Origin: Solirubrobacterales bacterium | GTDB taxonomy: Bacteria; Actinomycetota; Thermoleophilia; Solirubrobacterales; Solirubrobacteraceae | Length of the DNA: 34,882 nucleotides | NCBI GenBank assembly: GCA_026392325.1 | Contig: JAPLCH010000237.1 | Coordinates: 1-34,882, forward strand | Direction: 5' to 3' | In this document: piece after piece, positions 23,655-31,826 of the stretch | How positions within the stretch are numbered: position 1 is the first letter of the stretch | Layout of the letters: each line of letters opens with the position of its first letter | Translations under genes and position numbers: made by a program | Notes under the pieces: generated by a model | The model's database searches: none | Seen by the model: the letters and a program-made list of their open reading frames with translations, nothing else | Told to the model about the DNA's origin: nothing

Positions 23655-25808
23655 ATGGCAAATGGCAATCGCTCGCAGAATGTAGCCGCGGCACGCTGGT
23701 CAGCTGACGGCAGTGAACTGGGTCGCAGCGACCTGACCGCACCAGGAGCAGACGTCTTCGGCTCCAAGGTATTCGGACCAACAGTCCTGAAGCAGCGCCT
23801 TCCAAAGCAGGTTCACAAGAAGCTCCTGCGCACACTTGAGAACGGCGAAGCCCTTGACCCAACACTGGCCGACGCGGTTGCCACGGCAATGCGCGACTGG
23901 GCGATGGAAAACGGCTGCACTCATTACACACACTGGTTCCAGCCACTTACAGGGTCCACCGCTGAGAAGCACGACTCTTTCTACGGTCCTGCTGGCGACG
24001 GCACGGCAATCGCCGAGTTCTCCGGCAAGGAGCTAATTCAGGGCGAGCCTGACGCTTCCTCATTCCCAACCGGTGGGCTTCGCGCAACCTTTGAGGCCCG
24101 TGGCTACACGGCTTGGGACCCAACAAGCCCTGCGTTCATTCTTGACAACCCGAACGGTGCGCTCCTTTGCATTCCGACGGCTTTCGCATCGTGGAAGGGC
24201 GAGGCTCTTGACACCAAGATCCCGCTTCTGCGTTCAATGGATGCCCTGTCCCGTTCTGCTGTCGCAGCTCTCAAGCTGATCGGTGATCTGGAAACGCAGC
24301 GTGTGTTTTCAACGGTCGGCCCGGAGCAGGAGTACTTCCTGATTGACGAGCAGTACTACTTCGAGCGCCCTGACCTTGTGAACACTGGTCGCACCCTGTT
24401 TGGTGCGAAGCCACCGAAGGGCCATGAGCTGGACGACCATTACTTCGGTTCAATTCCAGAGCGCGTTCTGGCCTGCATGATGGAGACCGAGCTTGAGCTT
24501 GCGAAGCTTGGTGTTCCGATCAAGACCCGTCACAACGAGGTTGCTCCCGCGCAGTATGAGGTTGCTCCGATCTTCGAGAGCTCCAATGTCGGCGCGGACC
24601 ACCAGCAGCTGACCATGCAAGTGCTGCAGAACGTTGCCCGCCGTTACGGCCTCGTCTGCCTGATCCATGAGAAGCCATTCGCTGGCGTCAACGGATCCGG
24701 AAAGCACAACAACTGGTCTGTTGGAACCGATGGTGGAGAGAACCTGCTCAACCCAGGTGCAACTCCACACGACAACCTTCAGTTCCTGTTCTTTTGCACC
24801 GCAGTGATCCAGGCCGTGAACAAGCACCAGGGTCTGCTTCGCGCAACCGTGGCATCAGTTGGCCAGGATCACCGTCTTGGAGCCAACGAGGCTCCGCCGG
24901 CGATCATCTCGATCTTCCTTGGTGGAGAGCTTGAGCGGGTCTTCGACGCAATTGCGAAGGGCAAGACGACACGCAGCAAGCCAGGTTCATTCCTTGGTCT
25001 TGGCTCGGATGTCCTGCCTCCGCTTCCACTTGATGGTGGCGACCGAAACCGGACCAGCCCATTTGCATTCACGGGCAACAAGTTCGAGTTCCGCGCCCCA
25101 GGTTCAAGTCAGTCGATCAGTTTTGTCAACACGGTGCTCAACACCATTGTTGCCGAGGCAATTGATGACCTTTCAGCGAAGCTGAAGAAGTCACTTGGAA
25201 GCCGTCGTTCAATCGAAGCTGCCCTTATGCCAGTCTTGAAGAACTCCGTCAAGGAGAACGAGGCAATTCTCTTCGGTGGGGACGGCTACAGCGAGGCATG
25301 GCACAAGGAAGCTGAGAAGCGCGGCCTGAAGAACATGCGCACCACTCCGGATGCACTCCCAGAAATGATCGCCCCGGCGACAGTCAAGGTGTTTGCCAAG
25401 TACAAGGTGCTGAATAAGGTTGAACTCCAGTCCCGCTTTGAGGTTGCAGCCGAGCAGTATGTGACCAAGCTCAACATTGAGGGTGAGACGGCAGCCAACA
25501 TGGCCCGCACGCTGATCCTTCCTGCTGCAACCCGGCACCTTGCCGAGCTGCGTGCAGCTGAAGTTCCAGCCCTCATTGAGGAGACCGCCGTTCTTGTCGA
25601 CGAGCTTGTGTCAGCCATCCGGGCATTGGACAAGGCCAACGAGGGCCATCCTTCCCGCGGCGGCGTGATCAACCACGCCAAGTACATGCGTGACAAGGTC
25701 ATCCCGGCAATGGACGCAACCCGTGAGGTTGCCGACAAGCTGGAGGGAATTGTCGCCGACAGCCTCTGGCCACTTCCGAAGTACCAGGAGATGCTGTTCA
25801 TCAAGTAA
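23655..25808 (+). CDS. glnN: Glutamine synthetase type III
   Basis: 717 aa. The GSIII-type N-terminus is [22 protein letters not shown]. Catalytic-region motifs are [24 protein letters not shown] and [22 protein letters not shown] lies 9 nt before the ATG. Confidence 0.93.
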   Translation: MANGNRSQNVAAARWSADGSELGRSDLTAPGADVFGSKVFGPTVLKQRLPKQVHKKLLRTLENGEALDPTLADAVATAMRDWAMENGCTHYTHWFQPLTGSTAEKHDSFYGPAGDGTAIAEFSGKELIQGEPDASSFPTGGLRATFEARGYTAWDPTSPAFILDNPNGALLCIPTAFASWKGEALDTKIPLLRSMDALSRSAVAALKLIGDLETQRVFSTVGPEQEYFLIDEQYYFERPDLVNTGRTLFGAKPPKGHELDDHYFGSIPERVLACMMETELELAKLGVPIKTRHNEVAPAQYEVAPIFESSNVGADHQQLTMQVLQNVARRYGLVCLIHEKPFAGVNGSGKHNNWSVGTDGGENLLNPGATPHDNLQFLFFCTAVIQAVNKHQGLLRATVASVGQDHRLGANEAPPAIISIFLGGELERVFDAIAKGKTTRSKPGSFLGLGSDVLPPLPLDGGDRNRTSPFAFTGNKFEFRAPGSSQSISFVNTVLNTIVAEAIDDLSAKLKKSLGSRRSIEAALMPVLKNSVKENEAILFGGDGYSEAWHKEAEKRGLKNMRTTPDALPEMIAPATVKVFAKYKVLNKVELQSRFEVAAEQYVTKLNIEGETAANMARTLILPAATRHLAELRAAEVPALIEETAVLVDELVSAIRALDKANEGHPSRGGVINHAKYMRDKVIPAMDATREVADKLEGIVADSLWPLPKYQEMLFIK

Positions 25809-25837
25809 TTCAAGCCGTACAGTTGGTTGCAGCAAAC

Positions 25838-25876
25838 CCGGGGCGGTCCTGACAAGCAGGTCCGCCCCGGCCTTTT
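25838..25876 (+). terminator. Stem-loop with T-tract after glnN
   Basis: CCGGGGCGGTCCTG-acaag-CAGGTCCGCCCCGG forms 13 of 14 pairs (one T-T mismatch) and is followed by CCTTTT. It starts 30 nt after the glnN stop and ends 4 nt before the next ATG. Confidence 0.6.
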
Positions 25877-25880
25877 AACC

Positions 25881-26699
25881 ATGAGCACTGAACAAGACTC
25901 CACTCCCGCCCCCGACCCCGACAAGTCAGGGCCAGACACGGGCACCATCCCGCCGGGGCGTTCCGCGGCGAAGGAGAAGCTCTGGGAGAAGCGACTTGAG
26001 AAGCCGATGCTTGTGGCCGCCGTTCTGGTCATCCCCGCACTGCTGCTCGACAACCCTCGGGTTCACGGCATTCCCCACATGATTGGAACCTTCCTCAACG
26101 TCGGCACCTGGCTGGCCTTCGTCGTTGAGTTCGTGATCATGCTCAGCGTTGTTCCGTCAAGGAAGCGTTACCTGAGGGACAACCCGATTCAGATCATCAT
26201 CGTTTTCCTCACAGTTCCGTTCCTTGAGGATGTGTTTGACAGCCTCAGGATCTTGCGGATTGTGCGCGTCTTGAGGCTCTTCAGGCTTGCCCCACTGGTC
26301 AGGTGGCTTTTCAGCACCGAGGGAGTCAGCTACATCGCCTTGGCCGGACTGCTTGTTGTTTTTGCTGGTGGAGAGGCCTTCAGCCAGGTTGAGGGCGTTG
26401 GCTTCTGGAACAGCGTCTATTGGAGTGTCACCACGTTCACGAGTACTGGTTACGGAGACATCTCGCCAAAGTCGGCTGAGGGTCGCGCGCTGGCAAGCCT
26501 CGTCATGTTGATCGGCAGCAGCTTCGTGGCCGTTATTACCGGTGCTTTGGCAGAGCTTTTTCTGCGCCGGCGCTCTGAAGAGCTTGAGAGGACAGAGGGC
26601 AGGTTGCTCAGCGGAGAACAGGAGATTCTGTCTCAGCTGCAGGCACTCTCCAAAAGGGTTGAACAGCTGGCTGAATCCGTATCCGAGCGCAAGAGCTAG
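25881..26699 (+). CDS. Voltage-sensor-containing K+ channel (6TM Kv-like)
   Basis: Selectivity filter TSTGYGD. The S4-like helix LRILRIVRVLRLFRL has Arg at every third position. About six hydrophobic helices and a coiled-coil C-terminus are present. I trimmed the start to ATG 25881, because the TTG at 25827 would place the hairpin inside the CDS. Confidence 0.85.
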   Translation: MSTEQDSTPAPDPDKSGPDTGTIPPGRSAAKEKLWEKRLEKPMLVAAVLVIPALLLDNPRVHGIPHMIGTFLNVGTWLAFVVEFVIMLSVVPSRKRYLRDNPIQIIIVFLTVPFLEDVFDSLRILRIVRVLRLFRLAPLVRWLFSTEGVSYIALAGLLVVFAGGEAFSQVEGVGFWNSVYWSVTTFTSTGYGDISPKSAEGRALASLVMLIGSSFVAVITGALAELFLRRRSEELERTEGRLLSGEQEILSQLQALSKRVEQLAESVSERKS

Positions 26700-26737
26700 G
26701 CGGCCCGCGGGCAAGTCAGGACTGCCCCGTTGCCAGC

Positions 26738-26977
26738 TCAGCCGATCAGCTGACCGAGCGAGAACATTCTCTCCAACAGGTCGAAGTGAATCCGCTCCCG
26801 CATTCCCTCATCGGCGAACGGCGCTTGGTCAAACACCTCTGAGAGCAACTGGGGATCCAACCGTTCGTCGTCTGCCTCTACTCCCAAAGGCTGGGCGACG
26901 GAGATGGATATGACAGGCAACCCAGGAGCCGACCTAGGGCGGCAGGTACCGACGCGCCAGGGGGCCCAAGACACCAT
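26738..26977 (-). CDS. Doubtful small ORF divergent from the XRE gene
   Basis: 79-aa ORF with ATG start, only 38 nt from the divergent XRE start. I recognise no family and the codon bias is mixed. Confidence 0.25.
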   Translation of the reverse strand: MVSWAPWRVGTCRPRSAPGLPVISISVAQPLGVEADDERLDPQLLSEVFDQAPFADEGMRERIHFDLLERMFSLGQLIG

Positions 26978-27015
26978 TCCCCGTGACTTACCAATTTTGA
27001 TAAAGTACCATCCTC

Positions 27016-27435
27016 ATGCCTAAGCAAACCCAAACATCAAGACCCTCCACCCCTGAGGTGACTTCCCCGAGTCCCGCAGGTCGCACAAGCTCCGCCAGTT
27101 CAGCAGGCCGAGCAAAGCGGAGCCCCCAATACCGGGAAGCACGCGATGAGTATTCGTCCATCCGGCAGCTTCGTGAGAAGAACTGGATTGCAGCTCATAT
27201 CCGGGAACGACGTTACGAACTTGAGATGACGCAGAAAGATGTTGCAGACCAAGCCAAGACTTCCCACTCTGCCATCGCCCGCCTCGAAGCGGGCAACCAC
27301 ATGCCAACCATTGCCTTCCTGCAGCGGGTATTGGCCGTGCTTGACGAGGACCTACTGATTGGCATTGAGCGACAAGACCCAGGCGAGGAGCGCGAGCGCG
27401 AAATCGCAGCAGCCCCCCGCCCGCTGGCAGCCTGA
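27016..27435 (+). CDS. XRE-family helix-turn-helix transcriptional regulator with Ser/Thr/Pro-rich N-terminal extension
   Basis: HTH core IRERRYELEMTQKDVADQAKTSHSAIARLEAGNHMPTIAFLQRVLAVLDEDLLIGI. No SD is visible. TAAAGT at 27001-27006 lies 9 nt before the ATG, so the transcript may be leaderless. Confidence 0.8.
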   Translation: MPKQTQTSRPSTPEVTSPSPAGRTSSASSAGRAKRSPQYREARDEYSSIRQLREKNWIAAHIRERRYELEMTQKDVADQAKTSHSAIARLEAGNHMPTIAFLQRVLAVLDEDLLIGIERQDPGEEREREIAAAPRPLAA

Positions 27436-27482
27436 ACACTCACCCACCAGCTTGGGTGAAGCGGCCGGAGACCTCCCGAAGT

Positions 27483-27565
27483 TCAGCGCTTGACGATGAC
27501 CGACGGTTCGTCGGCATCAGCCCGGAGCAGGCGGAACTGAACCTTCATTCTGAGAGTCGATTCGT
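27483..27565. repeat. Direct repeat copy A (83 bp), remnant 3' end of a minus-strand XRE-type gene
   Basis: 75 of 83 positions are identical to 29696-29778, and the first 30 nt are identical. The minus-strand reading is ...STLRMKVQFRLLRADADEPSVIVKR-stop, with no upstream start (in-frame stop 17 codons upstream). Confidence 0.85.
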
Positions 27566-27632
27566 CTTGCCTACCGGGCGGGCAGAGAGAGGATCCACAT
27601 ACTCCCAGCTACTTGCAGAATTCATCAACTGC

Positions 27633-27638
27633 TATAAT
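27633..27638 (+). promoter_or_regulatory. Candidate -10 box (TATAAT) for a leaderless arsR-sulP transcript
   Basis: A perfect TATAAT ends 8 nt before the arsR ATG (27647), and no SD is present. Direct heptamers TCATCAA at 27622-27628 and 27638-27644 flank or overlap it. Confidence 0.4.
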
Positions 27639-27646
27639 CATCAAGC

Positions 27647-27982
27647 ATGGTCACTCAACTCCATGAGGCGAAGGCTGAACTGTTCCGCACAATGGGCCAT
27701 CCGGTCAGAGTCCGGGTGCTGGAACTTCTGCAGGATCGGCCGTGCGCAGTACACGAACTCCTCGCTGAGATTGATGTTGAACCGTCAAGCCTCTCCCAGC
27801 AGCTGGCGATCCTTCGCCGAGCCGGGCTTGTGGCGTCCTCAAGGGAAGGCTCAACGGTGCGCTACACCCTCGCCACCTCTGATGTCTCAGACGTGATGAC
27901 AGCGGCACGTCGAATTCTCACTGAACTGCTCTCCGACCGAGAGGGCTTGCTCGAAGAGCTTCGCGCCGCCGAGCGCGCCTGA
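27647..27982 (+). CDS. ArsR/SmtB-family transcriptional regulator
   Basis: Winged-HTH core LFRTMGHPVRVRVLELLQDRPCAVHELLAEIDVEPSSLSQQLAILRRAGLVASSREGSTVRYTL. Its stop overlaps the next ATG (TGATG at 27980-27984). Confidence 0.88.
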   Translation: MVTQLHEAKAELFRTMGHPVRVRVLELLQDRPCAVHELLAEIDVEPSSLSQQLAILRRAGLVASSREGSTVRYTLATSDVSDVMTAARRILTELLSDREGLLEELRAAERA

Positions 27983-29646
27983 TGCCCGTCACAGAGCTGG
28001 TCGGGCGAGTCAAGGCTCTGCTGCCGAGGCGAGCCGACCTTGCCGATGTCCGACGCTCACCCAGACGCGACTTGATCGCCGGAATCACTGTTGCGATCGT
28101 CGCACTCCCGCTCGCCCTTGCCTTCGGCGTAGCATCAGGACTCGGAGCGCAGGCCGGCCTTGCAACCGCCGTCGTGGCCGGAACCGTTGCCGCCGTGTTC
28201 GGCGGCTCCAACCTGCAGGTATCCGGGCCAACCGGGGCGATGACAGTCGTTCTGCTGCCCGTCGTATCGCGCTTTGGCACTCAGGGAGTACTGATGGTCG
28301 GAGCAATGGCTGGGCTGATCATCGTGGTCCTCGCAATCGCCCGCATGGGTCGCTACGTCGACTTCCTGCCAATGCCCGTAGTTGAAGGGTTCACCGCGGG
28401 GATTGCTGTCATAATCGCACTGCAACAGGTGCCCGCTGCTCTTGGGATAAGCGACGCAAAAGGAACCAGGGTCTGGCAGGTCGCGGCAGACGCCGTTGGC
28501 AGGTTTGTCGGTCACCCGTCAGCCGGGTCGGTTGGCATTGCACTCGGCGTGGCGGCCGTCATGCTGATCGGTGCGCGCCTTCGCCCCGAACTGCCCTTCT
28601 CACTGCTCGGGGTTGCCGTGGCAACGGCAGCAGCTCAACTCTTCCCTCTTGGAGTGAAGCTGCTCGGCACTATCCCCAGTGGACTGCCGGCCCCCTCGCT
28701 CGGATTCGTGAACCCGGCAACATTTGAGGCAATGCTGCCTTCTGCTTTGGCTATCGCGGCGCTCGCGTCACTGGAAAGCCTGCTCTCGGCGACCGTTGCT
28801 GATGGCATGAGCGTCAACCAGAAGACAGACCCAGATAGGGAACTCTTTGGGCAGGGGCTCGCCAACATTGCAGCCCCAATCTTTGGAGGAGTGCCAGCGA
28901 CAGGTGCCATAGCCCGCACGGCAGTGAATGTTCGTGCCGGGGCCACATCGCGACTTTCAGCTGCAGTGCATGCGCTGGTGCTTGCTGTGATCGTCTACAC
29001 AGCAGGCCCGCTCGTTGGCCTGATTCCCCTCGCAGCGCTTGCCGGAGTGCTTTTTGCGACTGCATTCCAGATGGTTGAAAGCGCGTCACTGCTTGCCCTT
29101 GCACGGTCAACAAGGCGGGACGCGCTTGTGCTTGCCCTTACTTTCACGGTAACCGTGGCCATTGACCTGGTCACCGCCGTAGCTGTCGGTGTCGGTGTCG
29201 CCGTCGTCCTCGCATTGAGAGCTGTCACCGCCTCCGCTGGCATGGAAGAGGTCCCAATCGCAGTTGGCGATCACTCATCAGAAGAGCACACGCTACTGGC
29301 CGAGAACATCGTCGCGTACCGTCTAGATGGTCCCCTCGTTTTCGCAGCTGCACACCGGTTCCTGCTTGAGCTGACTGATGTAGCCCAGGTGCGCGTTGTC
29401 ATTTTGCGTATGTCTCGAGTGACGACAATTGATGCCACCGGTGCGCGGGTGTTGAGCGACGCAATCAGGCACCTTGAGCGCCGCGGCATAGTTGTCGCCC
29501 TCTCAGGGCTCACCTCGGGCCATGGAGATGTTTTGGCAGCCATGGGCGCTTCAATGCAGACCGATTACGAAGTTCGGAACTTCGACACGACGCCTCAGGC
29601 GATCGAATATGCAAGAGAGATAATCCGCAAGCCACGGCCGGCCTAG
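27982..29646 (+). CDS. SulP-family anion transporter with C-terminal STAS domain
   Basis: The N-terminal segment DLIAGITVAIVALPLALAFGVASG, the segment NQKTDPDRELFGQGLANIAAPIFGGVPATGAIARTAVN, and a C-terminal STAS-like region (VAYRLDGPLVFAAAHRF...ILRMSRVTTIDATGARVL) all fit the family. Confidence 0.93.
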   Translation: MPVTELVGRVKALLPRRADLADVRRSPRRDLIAGITVAIVALPLALAFGVASGLGAQAGLATAVVAGTVAAVFGGSNLQVSGPTGAMTVVLLPVVSRFGTQGVLMVGAMAGLIIVVLAIARMGRYVDFLPMPVVEGFTAGIAVIIALQQVPAALGISDAKGTRVWQVAADAVGRFVGHPSAGSVGIALGVAAVMLIGARLRPELPFSLLGVAVATAAAQLFPLGVKLLGTIPSGLPAPSLGFVNPATFEAMLPSALAIAALASLESLLSATVADGMSVNQKTDPDRELFGQGLANIAAPIFGGVPATGAIARTAVNVRAGATSRLSAAVHALVLAVIVYTAGPLVGLIPLAALAGVLFATAFQMVESASLLALARSTRRDALVLALTFTVTVAIDLVTAVAVGVGVAVVLALRAVTASAGMEEVPIAVGDHSSEEHTLLAENIVAYRLDGPLVFAAAHRFLLELTDVAQVRVVILRMSRVTTIDATGARVLSDAIRHLERRGIVVALSGLTSGHGDVLAAMGASMQTDYEVRNFDTTPQAIEYAREIIRKPRPA

Positions 29647-29695
29647 CCTGATCTCCCAGCCCAAAACGTGGTCCAACGTTCGCCTTCGCCTCGTC

Positions 29696-29778
29696 TCAGC
29701 GCTTGACGATGACCGACGGTTCGTCCGCATCGGCCCTGATCAGGCGGAACTGGACCTTCATTCCGAGAGTCGACGCGT
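29696..29778. repeat. Direct repeat copy B (83 bp)
   Basis: This is the partner of 27483-27565, in the same orientation and 2213 bp downstream. Together the two copies bracket arsR-sulP. Confidence 0.85.
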
Positions 29779-29800
29779 AGCGTTCAATCGTTGCAAACAT
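29696..29800 (-). pseudogene. Remnant of an XRE-family gene (C-terminal 34 codons, MFATIERYASTLGMKVQFRLIRADADEPSVIVKR)
   Basis: The IERYASTLGMKVQF pattern matches the post-HTH L-x-R-Y-A-x-x-L-G-x-x-h-x-h segment common in XRE antitoxin-like regulators. Upstream (to about 30055) there are HTH-like snippets (LLERWGLTCLS, INPIELEGRSA), but in different frames. Confidence 0.35.
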
Positions 29801-30129
29801 GTGATTGACCGGGCTGGAGGGCGCGAAGTAATTCTGCGGTGCCTTCCTATCGCAGCTCAAACAACGGCTCGAGTAAAGGTTCTCTGGCTGCTTGATACGC
29901 CAGCCTCGTCTCTGACTGACAGAGGCGGGCCACTGGACACATCAAGTCAGCTTCCATTCACGCGCGGAACGACCTTCAAGCTCAATCGGGTTGATGACGG
30001 CTCAGGCACGTCAGACCCCATCGCTCCAGGAGCGCGCTTGCTCGCCAGATACTGAGAAAGACCCAACCTCCGTGGTACTTCGCCGTCTGGTGTCCCATCG
30101 GGTGTAAGGTTGTCCACGGAGAAGATGAG

Positions 30130-31785
30130 ATGAGTCGCTTGCTTAAAACCATTGCTGCTGTCGGGACGACCCTGACGCTTCTTGCCGTGCCGTCCTCGGC
30201 CTTCGCAGGAGCCTCAGCTCCCCAGGCTTTCCCCAAGGGGTTCATCTGGGGTGTTGCAGGGGCTGGATTCCAAAGTGAGATGGGCGGCGGTGCTGCCAAC
30301 TCGGACACGAAAACAGACTGGTGGGCTTGGACCCACGACGCCGCGAACATTGCTGCCCATCACGTCAGCGGCGACCAGCCGGAGAACGGACCTGGCGGAT
30401 GGAAGACCAGCTATGCCGCGGACATCGCCAATGCCAAGTCGATTGGCATGAAGAGTTGGCGGATGGGAATTGAATGGTCACGGATCTTCCCCAAGTCAAC
30501 CAGCTCCGTGAAGATCGGCAGCACCGTTTCCACAGCAAACCTCAAGGCCCTCGACAAGCTCGCAAACAAGGCAGCTGTCGCGAAGTACAGGGCAATCATC
30601 ACCGCAGCCCGCAAGGCTGGGATGAACCCATTCGTGACGCTGAACCACTTCACCCTTCCTCTTTGGGCACATGACCCGATCGCAGCGCGTGACGCGCTGG
30701 CAACCCGTCGCCCCGATGATCCGGTTCCAGCCAGCCTGACCAAGGCCGGTTGGCTTTCGACATCAACCGTCACCGAGTTCCGCAAGTACGCCGCATACGC
30801 CGCGTGGAAGTTCGGGGATCTTGTTGACTGGTGGTCGCCCGTCAACGAGCCCATGGTTGTCGCAGTGAACGGCTACGCCAATGTCCCTGGGGCAATCGCA
30901 GGCTATTTCCCCCCTGGCGCTTACTGCTATCGGTGCGCGATCAAGGCCTCGGAGAACCTTGTTGCGGCCAACGCAGTTGCCTACACAGAAGTCCACGCCA
31001 AGGACACCAAGGACGCGGACAAGGATGGCAAAAAGAGCCGAGTTGGCCTCGTTCAGAACATGATCCACTTCGTGCCTTCCAATGCTGCAAACCCAACGGA
31101 TGTCGCTGCCACCGTCCACGCAGACCAAGTGTTCAACCGCCTTTCACTTGACGGAATGGTCAAGGGAATCGTTGACCACAATGCGAACGGACGGGTTGAC
31201 GCCGGTGAGACGGACCCCAAGCTGGCAAACAAGGCTGACTTCGTCGGAGTCAACTACTACTACCGTGGGCGCGTCACCGGCCTGGGCTTCTCCCTGTCGA
31301 GCGCAATTCCGCTCCTTGACTTTGCTCCGGCAACTTCCTACGCGTGGGCTCTGAACCCAACCGCTGCGGCATGCCCCACGCTCTGCTCAGACTTTGGCAG
31401 TGAGATAGACACCGACGGCTTTGGTGCAGTCCTGCGTGAAGCAGCAACCTACGGCAAGCCCCTCGTGATCACCGAGAACGGCATGGCTGACTCATCGGAT
31501 GCCCAACGTCCAGGCTTCCTCGTGAGACACCTTGATCAGGTCCAAAAGGTCGCAACCCAGAAGCCAGGTGGGGTGTCGGTACTCGGCTACTACCAGTGGT
31601 CTCTCACTGACAACTTCGAATGGTCTGCCGGCTACGGCCCCAAGTTCGGTTTGTACGGCTTCAACTCATCAACGCTTGCGCGGACGGCTCGTCCAAGTGC
31701 ATCAGTCTTTGGTGGCATCGCCAAGGCCAACGCTCTCAGCGGCCCGCTGCTCGATCAGTACGTGAATACCGGCCCGGCCGGCTGA
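30130..31785 (+). CDS. Glycoside hydrolase family 1 (beta-glycosidase), secreted
   Basis: Signal peptide ending SSAFA-GA. GH1 motifs are FIWGVAGAGFQSE, RMGIEWSRIFP, LNHFTLPLW, the acid/base NEP (SPVNEPMVV), the nucleophile ITENG (VITENGMAD) and WSLTDNFEW. GGAGAAG lies upstream of the ATG. Confidence 0.92.
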   Translation: MSRLLKTIAAVGTTLTLLAVPSSAFAGASAPQAFPKGFIWGVAGAGFQSEMGGGAANSDTKTDWWAWTHDAANIAAHHVSGDQPENGPGGWKTSYAADIANAKSIGMKSWRMGIEWSRIFPKSTSSVKIGSTVSTANLKALDKLANKAAVAKYRAIITAARKAGMNPFVTLNHFTLPLWAHDPIAARDALATRRPDDPVPASLTKAGWLSTSTVTEFRKYAAYAAWKFGDLVDWWSPVNEPMVVAVNGYANVPGAIAGYFPPGAYCYRCAIKASENLVAANAVAYTEVHAKDTKDADKDGKKSRVGLVQNMIHFVPSNAANPTDVAATVHADQVFNRLSLDGMVKGIVDHNANGRVDAGETDPKLANKADFVGVNYYYRGRVTGLGFSLSSAIPLLDFAPATSYAWALNPTAAACPTLCSDFGSEIDTDGFGAVLREAATYGKPLVITENGMADSSDAQRPGFLVRHLDQVQKVATQKPGGVSVLGYYQWSLTDNFEWSAGYGPKFGLYGFNSSTLARTARPSASVFGGIAKANALSGPLLDQYVNTGPAG

Positions 31786-31826
31786 TTACTTCCGAATTCG
31801 AACTTGCCCAGCATTAGGCTTAGCGT

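Noticed and set aside
25827-25880. TTG start at 25827 for the K+ channel gene
   Set aside because: It would translate straight through the strong glnN terminator hairpin. ATG 25881 gives an N-terminus of normal length. This remains unresolved without homologue alignment.
25286-26053. 255-aa minus-strand ORF spanning the glnN 3' end, the terminator and the K+ channel 5' end
   Set aside because: It crosses an intergenic hairpin and two well-supported plus-strand genes. Its composition is Ser/Ala/Arg-rich.
27456-27896. 146-aa plus-strand ORF overlapping repeat copy A and the arsR gene in another frame
   Set aside because: The arsR frame has a clear winged-HTH sequence and is coupled to sulP. 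The alternative frame has no motif and reads through the relic region.
29801-30350. ORFs 29801..30055 (+) and 29982..30350 (-) in the sulP-GH1 gap
   Set aside because: I see no motifs. The minus-strand ORF is largely antisense to the GH1 signal-peptide region. The region is better explained as decayed XRE-gene remnants plus the GH1 promoter.
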